Source of the DNA: Heterodontus francisci
Taxonomy: Eukaryota
DNA: 64,000 nt
NCBI RefSeq assembly: GCF_036365525.1
Contig: NC_090373.1
Location: 13,073,935-13,137,934 of the forward strand
Reading direction: 5' to 3'
Shown: in pieces, positions 1 through 12,170 of the stretch
Position numbering within the stretch: position 1 is the stretch's first letter
Layout of the letters: every line of letters begins with the position of its first letter
Translations under genes and position numbers: made by a program
The notes under the pieces: model-generated
Database searches by the model: none
What the model saw: only the letters and a program-made list of their open reading frames with translations
What the model was told of the DNA's origin: nothing

Positions 1-708
1 GAGAATCTAACCATCTCCCCTTGACATTCAATGGCATTACAATTGCTGAATCCCCCACTAAACATCCTGGGGGTCACCATTAACTGGAAACTGAACTGGA
101 TAGCCATATAAATACCGTGGCTACAAGAGCAGGTCAGAGGCTAGGAATCCTGCGGTTCGTAAATCACCTTCTGACTCCCCAAAGCCTGTCCACTATCTAC
201 AAGGCACAAGTCAGGAGTGTGATGGAATAATCTCCACTTGCTTGGATGGGTGCATATCCAACAACACTCGACACCATCTGGGACAAAGCAGTCCACTTGG
301 TTGGCACCCCATTCACTCCCTTTACCACGGACGCCCAGTGGCAACTGTGTGTACCATCTACAAGATGCAATGCAGCAACGCACCAAGGCTCCTTCGACAG
401 CACCTTCCAAACCCGCAACCTCTACCACCTAGAAGGACAAGAGCAGCAGATACATGGGAACACCACCACCTGCAAATTCCTCTCCAAGCCGCACACCATT
501 CTAACCTGCAACTATATCGGCGTTCCTTCACTTCGCTGGGTCAAGATCCTGGAACACCCTTCCTAACGGCACTGTTGGTGTACCTACCCCACATGGACTG
601 CAGCAGTTCAAGAAGGCAGCTCAGCACCACCTTCTCAAGGGCAATTACGGATGGGCAATAAATGTTGGCCTGGCCAGTGATGCCCAATTCCCATGAATTA
701 ATTTTTAA
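1..708 (+). mobile_element. 3' fragment of the tRNA-headed CR1-group LINE family (called family A here)
   Basis: Decayed RT C-terminal coding (TIYKAQVRSVME, AVCTIYKMQCSNAPRLLRQHLPNP) and tail GGGCAATTACGGATGGGCAATAAATG...CCCATGAATT matching the 3' end of 27913-31087. Confidence 0.85.
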
Positions 709-711
709 AAA

Positions 712-2415
712 AGCTAATGTCCCAGACTCCTCCATCACCCTGGGTATGTCCTATCCCACCATCCGGACAGACCCACCAGAGGTGGTGCCACTGTGGTATA
801 CAGTCAGGAGCGAGAGGCGCTGGGAGTCCTCAACACTGATTCCAGACCCCATGAATTCTCATGGCATCAGATCAAACATGGGCAAGGAAGTCTCCCGCTG
901 ATTATCACCTACAGCCCTTCCTCAGCTGATCGATCAGTGTTCCTCCATGTTGAACACCATTTTGACGAACGACTGAGGGTAGTAAGAGCACAGAATGCAC
1001 TCTGGCTGGGGGACAGATATCACTACTACTGACCAAGCTGGCCAAGACCTGAAGGGCATATCTGTCAGACTGGTTCAATGAGGAGTGTAGGAGAGCATGT
1101 TAGGAGCAGCACCAGGCATACCTAAAAATGATGATCCATCTCAGTCTCTTACTGAGGTCCCCATCATCACAGATGCCAGTATTCAGCCAATTCGATTCAC
1201 TCCACATTGATACCAAGAAATGGCTGAAGGCAGTGATACAATAAAGGCTATGGGCCCTGACAACATCCCGGCTATAGTACTGAAGACCTGTTCTCCAGTA
1301 CTGGCTGTACTCCTAGCCAAGCTATTCCATTACGGCTACAATATTGCATCTAACTGACAATGTGGAAATTTGCCCAGGCATGTCCTGTCCGCAAAAAGCA
1401 GGATGAGTCCAATCCAGCAAATTACCTCACCATTAGTCTAGTCTTAATCATCAGCAAAGTGTTGGAAGGTTTCATTGACAGTGCTGTCAAGTGGCACTCG
1501 CTGAGCAATAACCTGCTCCTCAATACTTAGTTTGGGTTCCGCCAGGACCACTTGGATCCAGACCTCATTACAGCCTTGGTTCAAACATGGACAGAAGAAC
1601 TGAATTCCATAGCTGAGGTGAGAATGACTGTCCTTGACATTTGACCAAGTTTGGCACCAAGGAGCCCGAGCAAAATTGAAGTCACTGAAACTAGTTGGAG
1701 TCATACCTAGCACAAAGGAAAAGGTTGTGGTTGTTTGAGGCCAGTCAGCCAGCTTTGGAACATCACAGCAGGAGTTCCTCAAGGTAGTTTGCTAGGCCCA
1801 ACCATCTTCAGCTGTTTCGTCTACCACCTTCCCTCCAACATCAAGGCTAGAAGTGGGGAATATTGCTTATGGTTGCACAGTGTTCAGAACCATTTCCAAT
1901 TCCCTCAGATACTGAAGCAGATCGTGCCCACATGCAGCAAGACCTGGACAACGTTCAGGCTTGGGCTGATAACTGTGGCATACAATCAGGAGGGAGAGGT
2001 GCTGGGAGTCCTGAACACTGACTTCGGAGCCCATGAAGTCTCATGGCATCAGGTCAAACATGGGCAAGGAAGTCTCCTGCTGATTCGCACCAAACAAGTG
2101 CCAGCAATGACCATCTCCAACAAAAGATAATCTTAACATCTTCCCTTGACTCGCAAGGGCATTACCATTGCTTAATCCCCCACCATCGACATCCTGGAGA
2201 TCACCATTGAGCTGACACTTAACTGGAGGCATGTAAATACTGTGGCTGTAAGAACAGGTCAGAGACTGGGATTTCTGCAATGAGTAACTTGCCTCCTGAC
2301 TCCCTAAAGCCTGTTCACCATCTACAAGGCACAAGTCTGGAGTTTGATGGAATACACTCCACTTGCCTGGATGTGTGCATCTCCAACAACACTCATCCAG
2401 GACAAAGCAGCCTGC
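712..2415 (+). mobile_element. Internally deleted family A LINE copy (APE and RT remnants)
   Basis: APE-region remnant (HEFSWHQIKHGQGSL) then RT motifs (KAMGPDNIP, GVPQGSLLGPTIFSCF); colinear with 27913-31087; stops and frameshifts. Confidence 0.85.
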
Positions 2416-3908
2416 TTTTTATTTGTCCTGTTGATGTGAGCGTCGCTGACTAGGCCAGTACTTATTGCCCATCCCTAATTGCCCTTGAGAAGGTGGTGGT
2501 GAGCTGCCTTCTTGAACTGCTGCAGTCCTTGGGTGTAGGTACACCAACACTGCTGTTAGGAAGGGAGTTCCAGGATTTTGGCCCAGTGACAGTGAAGGAG
2601 CAACGACATAATTTCAAGTCAGGATTGTGTGTGGCTTGGAGGGGAACATGCAGGTGGTGTTCCCATGCATCTGCTGCCTTTGTCCTTCTAGGTGGCAGGT
2701 GTCATGGGTTTGGAAGGTGCTGTCGAAGGAGCCTTGTTGAGCTGCTGCAGTGCATCTTGTAGAGGATACGCACTGCTGGCACTGTGCATCTGTGATGGAG
2801 GGAGTGAATGTTGAAGGTGGTGGATATGATGTCCATCAAGCGAGCTGCATTGTCATGGATGGTGTCGAGCTTCTTAAGCGTTGTTGGAGCTGCACTCATC
2901 CAGGCAAGTGGACAGTATTCCATCACATTCCTAACTTGTGCCTTGTAGATGGTGGACAGGCATTGGGGAGACAGGAGGTGAGTTACTCACCGCAGAATTC
3001 CCAGCCTCTGACTTGCCATTGTAGCCACTGTATCTATGTGACTGGTGTGCACAGTTTCTGGTCAATGTTGACCCCCCCCCCCGGGATGTTAATAGTGGGA
3101 GATTAAGCGATGGTAATGTTATTGAACGTCAAGGGGAGATAGTTAGATTCTCTCTTTGAGATGGCCATTGCCTGACAATTGTGTGGCGCGAATGTTACTT
3201 GCCACTTATCAGCCCAAGCCTGGATCTTGTCCAGGTCTTGCTGCATATGGACACGGCTGCTTCGGTATCTGAGGAGTCACGAATGGTGCTGAACATTATG
3301 CAATCATCAGCGAATATCCCCATTTTTGACCTAATGATGGAGGGGTGAAGCAGCTGAAGATGGTTGGGCCTTGGACACTATCTTGAAGAACTCCTGCAGT
3401 GGTGTCCTGGGTCTGAGATGATTGACATCCAACAATTACAACCATCTTCTTTTGTGCTAGGGATGACTCCAACCAGCGGAGAGTTTTCCCCTAATTCCCA
3501 TTGACTCCAGTTTTGCTCGGGTTCCTTGATGCCATATTCAGTCAAATGTTGCCTTGATGTCAAGGGCAGTCACTCTCACCTCACCTCTGGAGTTGAGCTC
3601 TTTTATCCATGTTTGGACCAAGGCTGTAATAAGGTCAGGTGCTGAGTGACCCTGGCGGAACCCAAACTGAGCGCCAATGAGCAGGTTATTGCTGAGCAAG
3701 TGCCATTTGATAGCACTATTGACAACCCCTTCCATCACTTTGCTCAGGGCAGTAATTGGCCAGGTTGAATTTGTCCTGCTTTTTGTGCACAGGTCATACC
3801 TGGGCAATTTTCTACATTGCTGGGTAGATGCCAGTTTTGTAGCTGTACTGGAACAGCTTGGCTAGGGGTGCAGCTAATTTTGGAGCAGAAGTCTTCAGGA
3901 CTATTGCT
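2416..3908 (-). mobile_element. 5'-truncated family A LINE copy
   Basis: Minus-strand RT (QFGFRQGHSAPDLITALVQTWIKELNSRGEVRVTALDIKATFD); reverse-complement tail at about 2416-2490. Confidence 0.85.
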
Positions 3909-4300
3909 TGATCAGCACCTTAAACATTCACTCCCTCCACCACTTACAGTGACAGCAGTGTGTACCATCTACAAGATGCACTGCAGCAACTCGCCAAGGC
4001 TCCTTCAACAGAACCTTCCAAACCTGTGACCTCTACCACCGAGAGGACAACGATAACAGATTCATGGGAACACCACCTGCAAGTTCTCCTCCAAGCCCCA
4101 CACCATCCTAATTTCACTGTCACTGGATTAGAATCCTGGAACTCATTCCCTAACAGCACTGTGGGTGTACCTACATCACATGGACTGCAGTGGTTCAAGA
4201 AGGCAACTCACCACCACCTTCTCAAGGGCAATTAGAGATGGGCAATGAATGCTGGCCTAACTAGGGGCGCTCTCATCCCATGAATGAATATTTTTCAAAA
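3909..4300 (+). mobile_element. 3' fragment of family A LINE
   Basis: SWNSFPNSTVGVPTSHGLQWFKKATHHHLLKGN* followed by the family tail CCCATGAATGAAT. Confidence 0.85.
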
Positions 4301-5497
4301 ATTCAAGCAACATGGGGCATCCAATAAGAAATGCTTGGATAAGTAATTCAATCTGAAATATGTGGCATACATTGAAAGTTTCATGCTATGACAGGGGCAT
4401 GCATACATGAATGATGGAGCTGAAAAAGTAATGACTAATCATTAATATAGGATAATAAAGTAGGTTCTGACAGCTACTCAAGTAGCGATAAAATATCAGT
4501 TATAACAAGCTGATTAAATATATGTAGTTCCCAAGTACAGTATGATGTACAGTTCTAATTAATATCTAAAGTCAATTTCATCATTATAACCACTTGATTA
4601 GATTACTGGTCAATTTGCAATCAGACATGTTTCTAAAAATATACTTATTTAGCATTTGGCATTTAAACAAGGATTATCAAATGTAATGCAATAATATTTC
4701 AAAATGACTGACTGTTATTTAAATGCATAATCCAGGAGGGACTCACTATTATGGGTGAGTATCACCACAATTGCTTTAATTTATGAAGAAAGCTTCTTTA
4801 AAATTAACCTTCATTTGTTATAATGGTTGTTCTTGGATCAATGGCTGCCTCTCATGTTAGATTCTGGAAAGTTATTAGTCTTCCCAAGTTCTAGTGCAGA
4901 ATACTCCTACCTCCTCTTTAATGCTAAGCCAATTTATTAAAATAAAAATCCTACTTATGTTTTTACTGTTCCTTATTTTTCACTCTACCTCTGGCAGGAC
5001 TACATGTTAGTGTGGGAACTGTGTGTATATTTGACAGATCCCCTTTGGCATTGCTCAAGCTGAGTTAGGGGTGACCCTGCATTATAACAATCGAGATGTT
5101 ACCAATAAGATGTGACCAGGCAAGATTAACAGAAGTGCCATTCTTAATTCCTGTATGTCCATGCAAAACCATCAGTATAATTGAGATAGAGACAATGTGT
5201 TGTTGTTTTTCTTGCCATTTTTATAGGCTTGTTGAGTCTTTTAAATAGTTGGGATAGCTTTCCAGACCAGTAAAGAGAGGGGTTTTTTGTAGGCATTTGT
5301 CTAAGCAAATGTCTTAGAAGTTTGCTATCAGTTTATTTTGAATAACTTTGTTGCAATGGTCCTGTGAGATTGGTATTGGCCTATATAGCTGTAAACTATT
5401 AAATAAAACAAAGGAAGGTTTGCTTTTTAAAAAGCCTGTCCATCTGTGTGTGTGTGTGTGTTTCTCTCTTTCTTTCTGTCTGTCTGGGCCTTTTTTG

Positions 5498-5597
5498 ACC
5501 AAGTGCTGGAAAGTAGGATTAGGCTAGATAACTTTTTTCAACAGCAGAAACACGATGGGTCAAATGACCTTTCTGTGCTGTAAATTTTCTGTGTTCC
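5498..5597 (+). mobile_element. CR1 (HER1-like) 3' tail fragment
   Basis: GCTGGAAAGTAGGATTAG...ACACGATGGGTCAAATGACCTTTCTGTGCTGTAAATTTTCT resembles the tails at 38530-38580 and 61410-61510. Confidence 0.55.
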
Positions 5598-5654
5598 TCT
5601 CTCTCCCCACCCCCCCCCCAGCTGTCCTGTGTGTGTGTGTGTGTTTATGTGTAT

Positions 5655-6744
5655 TGTTATGAGGATTTCCATTTTTTTGTATTAAAACTTGGGATTCAAA
5701 ATTTTTTAAAAATTGAAAATGATTTCAGTGGACATTGAGACATCTGGAGATAGCTGAACTTTATGGATGCTTTTGGAAGGAAGGCAGGGTCAACAAGAGG
5801 TTCCTGGTTTTGACCAGTAAACAAATACTGGAAACCAGGTAATTTCAAGGAAACCAGCAGGGGGGTTTCGACCTCAGAGCTACCCTTTGTGTGACAAGAG
5901 AGAATTTATGACTTGGCATATGACTTGTTTCTGGAAGGTTTTGGTTTCATTTTGAACTGTTTAAAAGCCAGTGGGTTTGGACTAAAGCAGGCAATTGGAA
6001 TTTGATTTGGACCTGCCAGGAGATCAGAAGAAGAACCAAAAAAGTATTATCTCTCTGTAAAGAATCCTTGCTCTTGAAAATCAAAAGCTTGTATGAAGTG
6101 GTACTGTTACCTCCTGCACTTATGAAGAAACCCTAAATTTGCAGAAATCTTGCATCTTTAACATAGGACTTTTGCATCGAATGTGAGAACTGACACCTGA
6201 TGCTACACCCTTGATGCAAGACCTGTGTGAAACCATCTACAGTTGAATTTCTTTGAACGTCTACCCATCACAGACTGTTAATCAACGTTGTCTGGAAGGA
6301 GTTGGAGTGGTATTCAACTATTCGACTTTGAGACACCTCGCCAAACCAAAGAACTTCCTTGCAGATCATTACAGTCAAAAAATTTTTAATTCCTTTTATT
6401 CCTATGAAACAGCTGTCCACCAAAAATTCCTTTTTTCCCAGTAAACCGGTTTTTGGATGTATGTGTGTGTGTGTGTGCGCATGAGGGCTAGGAAAAAATA
6501 AGGAGCTTTAATATTTCAATTCATATATAGATTTTCTTCATTATTGGTTAAAACTTGGTTTTGTAATAAATTTGTTGGTTAATTTTGTTGTTTATAAAGA
6601 AACCTGGTTGGTGTGCTTTATTCTGGGGACAAATAGAGTATCTAATTGGCTGTTTCGGTAAGTGGTAAAATTTATTGATATGCTGTGACTTGTGGAGAAG
6701 TGGGTCTGAATTAACAGTGCATTCCTCCCGCCTTGGTCATAACA
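5655..6744 (+). mobile_element. Solo LTR (Gypsy/ERV type)
   Basis: Perfect 8 bp inverted termini TGTTATGA...TCATAACA, near-TSD GTAT/ATAT, AATAAA at about 6565, no internal coding region. Confidence 0.75.
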
Positions 6745-8599
6745 ATATATATATTTTTTATGTAATATATATAAGTAGTGTCTAGGAAGAAATATATCAT
6801 TATGTCCAAAATTTGATGTCTGTTTTCAATCTTATGCTGCATTTTTATATCAGACTTGCACAGCGGCTCCCTAGGAGGTTGCAGTTCCAGTTTTAGAGTG
6901 CAGAGGTGAAGCATAATATTAGCAATGCTTTATCCAATTCTGCCTGTTATATGGTGAAAAGTTGAGAGATAAGTGGAGAATTTTAAAATTAAAATGGATT
7001 GACTTTTTCTAGTGTGCAAACTTTTTAAGAAAAATTAGATTTAAAAGTCCCATAAGAGGCTGACATTGCCTTGTGTGTTCCAAGTTATAACAAATATAAC
7101 ATCTGATCAGATACTGCTTAACTAACTTGTGGTTAAATTCCTAATTGTGTTTACATGTATCTGTCTGTGGAGGCAAGAAATTTATTTTTCCAGCAGGCAT
7201 TCTGGTCAATGTCCATGCATCAGTGCTCACTATTGGAAAAAATGTGTTCTGAGTTAACTGTAAGCAGACCAGAATTGAATCCTTCTGTAGTTACTAGGAA
7301 ATAACACTTGTTTTAATCGCAGTAAATCTCCTAACCATTGGTCATATTTATGTCATCCCAGTCTATTGCTCATTATTCTTTCTGATTCTTCATACCTCTG
7401 TTTCTTACTTTACTGATATGTAGATCTGTATTCAGTGAGCTGTGTTTTATATTTTCAGCTCATTGGCTTTTTACTTTTCCCTTTAAACCTTTAACTTTAT
7501 TCTCTGAATTTTTATTTCCCTCCATCACTGGTGTTCCTTCCCAATCTTTATATTTTCTTCTGCCATTTGTTTTTTTGACTCTAATCTGATTGTCATCTCA
7601 TCTCCTTCCAAGCTGAAATAGTGTGATCATGTCACCAAAAGTGCCAATAACTGTGTTGGGGGGGGCGGGGGGAAGAACCTAAGTGGCAGTTCAGTATGGT
7701 TCAAAATAATCCTGTGTGTTTCAACCGTAGAAAGATTGCCCATGCAGAGTGGCCCCAAAATATCACAGAATATACTCCAAATTCAAAAATGGGAAGAAGG
7801 CAAAACATTTGGCAGAGGATAGATATAAAATGAGGAGTTCTAAGAGGAAGGGAAGGAGCAGAGTGCAATCCCTTAAGTGCAGGGAAGAGAACTGAGGGAA
7901 AAATAGAATTCGGTCATGGCATCTGAAGGCAACCTCTCTTTCTCTTCAGAGATTTTGTTTTTGTTTTAGGAAAATAGTTTTTTGAGACTACAAAATGTAC
8001 AGTGACTTTGAAAGTGCCAAGTGTGATTTACTCAGGTACTTTTTTTAGACCTTGAAAATTATGCCAATTGGCATCTTTCATAAGCTAAATGTAAACTTCA
8101 GGCAGTTCCTCACATCCTTTGGATAAGTGCTAGATGTAAATCTTAAATCATATAGATTTGTGAACAAAAATTGAGTAATTGTATTTTTTTTTAGTCCAGC
8201 TCTTAATACTATTGAAATGATTAAATTCTGTTAAAGCATGAAAGTGGCAGCATGATGCCAGAGCCATGTCCCAAACTGACTCCAGAACGCACTAATAATC
8301 AAGTTTTACAAAACTCCTTCCAGGTCCCCATCTCACACCCTTTTTACTTGACACTGGTGCACGTAAGATGTGTATTCTTATAGTAACAGGCAAAATCTGG
8401 TTTTTAATGTGCAATGACCAAAAAAGTTTCTATTTACTGTCACAACAGAATTAATCCCATTGAATTTTAACACCGTATGAGATGTGTCACTGTCATAATG
8501 AGGCACTATGCAAAAGTCCTCCCTCCCTAATACTTGTAAAGGTGTATCATCAAAAATTACCCATTTATTTTCTGACCTATTTGTAAACAATGTTCATTG

Positions 8600-8772
8600 T
8601 TGGCTGCTGGGCTTGGTTTTGTTGTTGGCAAAGATCTTGGTTTATCCTCCTTTAGCCACACAGCCACTTCAAGTGTGCTACAGGATTCCATCCTTAGTCC
8701 CTTTCTATTCATCTACGTGCCATCCCTCAGTTACATCATTGGCAAGCACAAGGTCAGTTTGCACAAATGTAC
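8600..8772 (+). mobile_element. L2 RT fragment
   Basis: SSVLQDSILSPFLFIYVPSLSYIIGKHKVSLHKC resembles the L2 motif [37 protein letters not shown]. Confidence 0.6.
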
Positions 8773-8779
8773 CAGAATG

Positions 8780-9210
8780 GATTGAAAAGGAAATACCAGG
8801 AGGGGTGACCAAAAGCCTGGTGTGGTGTTTTAGATGTGATGTTTAAGGAAGGGCTTAAAGGAGGAGAGAGAGCTAGAAAGGCAGATAAGCTTAGGCAAGG
8901 AATTCCAGAGTGTGGGCATAGGTGGCTGAAGGCATGATCGCCAATCATGGGAGTTTGGAGGGGACTGCAGAACAGTCAAAAGAATGGAGAGTTTGTGCTT
9001 AGGAGGGTGGTAGAGTGAGGGGAGGTTACAGGGAGAGAGGAGTGCAAGGCCATGAAGGAGTTAAAACATGCTAATTTCAAATTAGAGATATTAAAGGAAT
9101 GGGTGCCAATTTAAGTCAGCAAGAATAGGGGTCATCCAATTAGCTGAAGTTTAGGAGGTGGAGGCTGGGAAGCTGGCCAGTAAATATCATTGCAGTAGTC
9201 AAGTGAAATG
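8780..9210 (-). mobile_element. L2 3' region fragment
   Basis: Reverse-complement similarity to the L2 at 32345-33030 (TTAAAGGAGGAGAGAG...GGAATTCCAGAG...GCTGAAGGCA). Confidence 0.65.
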
Positions 9211-9611
9211 TATCATAAGGTAACCCTTTACATATTATTTTATTAAGTTTTCATGAGGCTTTAACTTATCTGATGTCTGTTTTGTTTTAGCCCATTTCAA
9301 ATTGAAGGAATTAGACAAATTTAAATAAGGCCACACACTGCATTTAAAAAATGTGTGTTTAAGAGGCAAACTTACCTTGTACACCATTGCTGTATGTCTT
9401 CAGCGCTGCGCTTACGCAATGTCATTTAGTGCTGCATTTCTGAAACAGCCGTCATTTAATGTGCAATTGATAAATGGGTCATGCCTGCAGCAGGCTTTTC
9501 CTTCAATTATTTATTCATGTGCATATTCTAAATGTAGAAATAAAGGTGAAAGTCAGAATGCAAAGTAAACAAGTATGCCATTTAATTAAAAGCAATGATG
9601 TAGATCTCCTC

Positions 9612-9900
9612 CATTGGTTCAGCTGGTTACAGCAGTGTGTAGCTGAGATATACAGACCATTAAGATCCAGTTTCAATCCCCAGCCTGTCTGAATTTACAT
9701 TAGGAACATTAGCTAACCCTAACCCTGTGCGCAGGAGATGGAAATCCATTCAGGTTCCTGGCCACAATCGCTGTCCAATGAGTTGTCAGGTTAGACAGCT
9801 TTGAACTTGGCTATGATGCTGCTGCTAATTGCTTGCCATTGAGGCTTGAATTGTCACTTGAGAACAGTACTCAAGGGTGCTCAGCATGGATCAGCAATAT
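9612..9900 (+). mobile_element. Old tRNA-derived SINE, degenerate
   Basis: A-box-like TGGTTCAGCTGG and B-box-like GTTTCAATCCC; body resembles a recalled shark SINE, family not named. Confidence 0.4.
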
Positions 9901-10049
9901 CAGGAAAGGAAAGAAGAGCATTTGAGGTCAGGAGGAAATTGAGGAAATAAAACCAAATTGTTGCTGTGACATGACTGATTGATTTATGAATTGTCAAACA
10001 TGCATTTTGATTTCAAGTCATTGATTGTTGCCTTTACTCTGAACTTTAG

Positions 10050-10141
10050 ATCAGTGCACAGTGACACGGACATATCTCTTCCTTCACAAATTCTGGTTCT
10101 TCAATGTTGTGTACTACTTTGGCAACTGGGCATTCATTGCT
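10050..10141 (+). CDS. LMBRD1: LMBRD1 penultimate coding exon (lysosomal cobalamin transport escort protein LMBD1)
   Basis: ctttAG acceptor and GTAAGT donor; 92 bp encoding (D)QCTVTRTYLFLHKFWFFNVVYYFGNWAFIA, versus recalled human DQCTVTRTYLFLHKFWFFSAAYYFGNWAFLG; phase joins the next exon. Confidence 0.95.
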
Positions 10142-11124
10142 GTAAGTACATTGTTTTGGTTGCTATTTTAATTTAGCTGTTGGCCAGTATTTATCTTTGA
10201 AATTATGTCTCTAAAACTTACAAGGAAACCTTAGATTATTACAAAGCACTGGCCTACCGGTCGAATCATACATGCCTGGCTTTGCAACTTTAAGCTACAG
10301 GTGTACACAACATTTTTTTTCATGCGTTGGAGGGAAAAACATAAGAGTTTGGATTTTCTGCTGGAGTTATTCCAGGAAGCCACTTTAACTCCAGTGGAAT
10401 GAGATAAGGAAGGCAGCAAAAGCCGATTGGTTGGCTCTCCAATCGTCCCCACCACTTCCAAGATTCCCTGCCAGAATTGATGGGGGATTCAAGTGCATCT
10501 GCCGTATTATAGGCAGGTATATAGAAATGCTACACAAATGTTGGCAGCTCATTTGTATCTGGCATCCAGAGAGGAGCAGTAGAGGGGCCCTTTCTGTTCT
10601 GAGAATTGCTGCCTACAGCAAGCAGCAGCCATAATCTCTTCATTAGCAGCAGGACCAAAAGCAGTGCTGAGGGAAGAAGTGCCCAGGAGTGTTGTATTTC
10701 ATCAGCAAATGATGGCCTATGGGCGAGGCTTCCAAAATGGCATATGCAGAATGTGAGATGCTTTTATTTTAATTACTCTATTTTCTTTACATGATGGATA
10801 TAAAACAACTCATAATTTGGCACTAAACTGGTAATCTCACTCAAAGGAAAAAGGAGGCCACTTGTGGAAAATGCAAATGCCACATTACTATAGTCAGAAG
10901 TGTGCTTAAACTGTGACAAGTAGGGGGAACTGACCATGTTGTACCTGGCCTGGGATTGCTTGAAGTTAACCCAACATTCAGCTTACTTATTTTATGGCCC
11001 AGGATTCTACTGTGGTCTCTCTATCTTAGTCAGTATTGTAACTCTGAACAGTTCTTGTTGAAAAGTCACCTTTTTAAATTTCCAATTCATGCTTTGAATT
11101 AATGGGACTATTTTATATCCACAG

Positions 11125-11247
11125 GTCTTCCTAATTGGATTAACTGTCTCCTGTTGCAAAGGAAAACGATCAGTCATTGAGGGGGAGATAGATGACGATG
11201 ATTCAGATTTGAGTGATGACGATCTCTTGGAGAGACAGCGTGTTTAA
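11125..11247 (+). CDS. LMBRD1: LMBRD1 last coding exon
   Basis: ccacAG acceptor; VFLIGLTVSCCKGKRSVIEGEIDDDDSDLSDDDLLERQRV*, versus recalled human VFLIGLIVSCCKGKKSVIEGVDEDSDISDDEPSVYSA; TAA at 11245-11247. Confidence 0.95.
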   Translation, partial: VFLIGLTVSCCKGKRSVIEGEIDDDDSDLSDDDLLERQRV

Positions 11248-11815
11248 ATCTGTGATGCTTTCCTCAGCTTTGGTTTCTGGGCCCTGCGTGGAAAAAAAAT
11301 CTCTGATATATTTATGCTGAAGTGTTTAAACCGTTCTTGAAAAAGGGTTGCATTTGTTCCTCTTCTGAGTGCAAACTTTGAAGAAGGGGTACAGGACATG
11401 TGTGAAGTTGTAAAAGGGGGAAAAAAATTGAACCATGCAGTATATTGTGTTAAATTTAAGGCATCCTGCTGACAACCTTTTTCTTCAACTGCATTATAAG
11501 GGGCTGCTAATTTTCTAAATGGTCTTAAATGGAGCAGACTAATTTGTAGATCACTGCATGTAATCTCTGAAATTACATTCAATAAGTGTTTTTTGCCTCA
11601 ACATTAAATTGCAGTCTTGGAACTTGTGCTCATTTTAATTTTGTGACTGCATACAGAACTAAGCAGTGTATTGTATGCTTTAGTTAACATAGTTTTCCTG
11701 GCATTTTTTACAAAGTAATCACTGACTGTCAAGTTTAATTGCGCAGTTAAAATAAAATCTACTGTCATCTGAAAGGTACTTTTATAATAAACACAACTAC
11801 AGAAATTCATCGATG
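11248..11815 (+). terminator. LMBRD1: LMBRD1 3' UTR with candidate poly(A) signals
   Basis: Unique AT-rich sequence after the stop; AATAAA at 11751-11756 and 11786-11791, followed by a GT/T-rich tract near 11825. Confidence 0.6.
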
Positions 11816-11842
11816 AGATTTCCATTGTTTTTCGTGTAAGGG

Positions 11843-12170
11843 GATACAGTAGGGTAGTGGTAATGTTACTGGACTAGTAATGCAAAGGCCTGGACTAATG
11901 ATACAGAGATGTGAGTTCAAGCCCCACCACGGCAACTGGGGAATTTAAATTCAATTAACCAAATAAAAGCTGAAATTAAAAACTAGTATGAGTAATAGTG
12001 AGCATAAAAATACCAAATTGTTGTAAAAACGCATCGCTTTCGCTAATGTCCTTTAGGAAAGGAATTCTGCCATTCCTACCAGCTCTGGCCCATATGTGAC
12101 TCCAGCAATGTGGTTGGTTGACTCTTAAATAGCCACTCTGTTGTATTTAAGATGGCAGCTCACCTCTTCA
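11843..12170 (+). mobile_element. tRNA-derived SINE sharing its head with family A LINE
   Basis: GTAGTGGTAATG A box, GAGTTCAAGCC B box, core CTAATGTCCTTTAGGAAAGGAATTCTGCC...GTGACTCCAG, then LINE-like AAGATGGCAGCTCACC. Confidence 0.8.

Noticed and set aside
4525-4570. Resemblance to LMBRD1 PQYVMYGSQNYL
   Set aside because: Not in one frame, has an in-frame stop and no splice sites.
7970-8035. Possible upstream LMBRD1 exon (ttttAG...CAG/GTAC, TLKVP)
   Set aside because: The frame that would join the next exon lacks the expected CDADAPE-like motif, the donor is weak, and the exon-start frame contains a stop.
9713-9726. Telomeric TAACCC repeat
   Set aside because: Only two units inside a decayed SINE; chance level.
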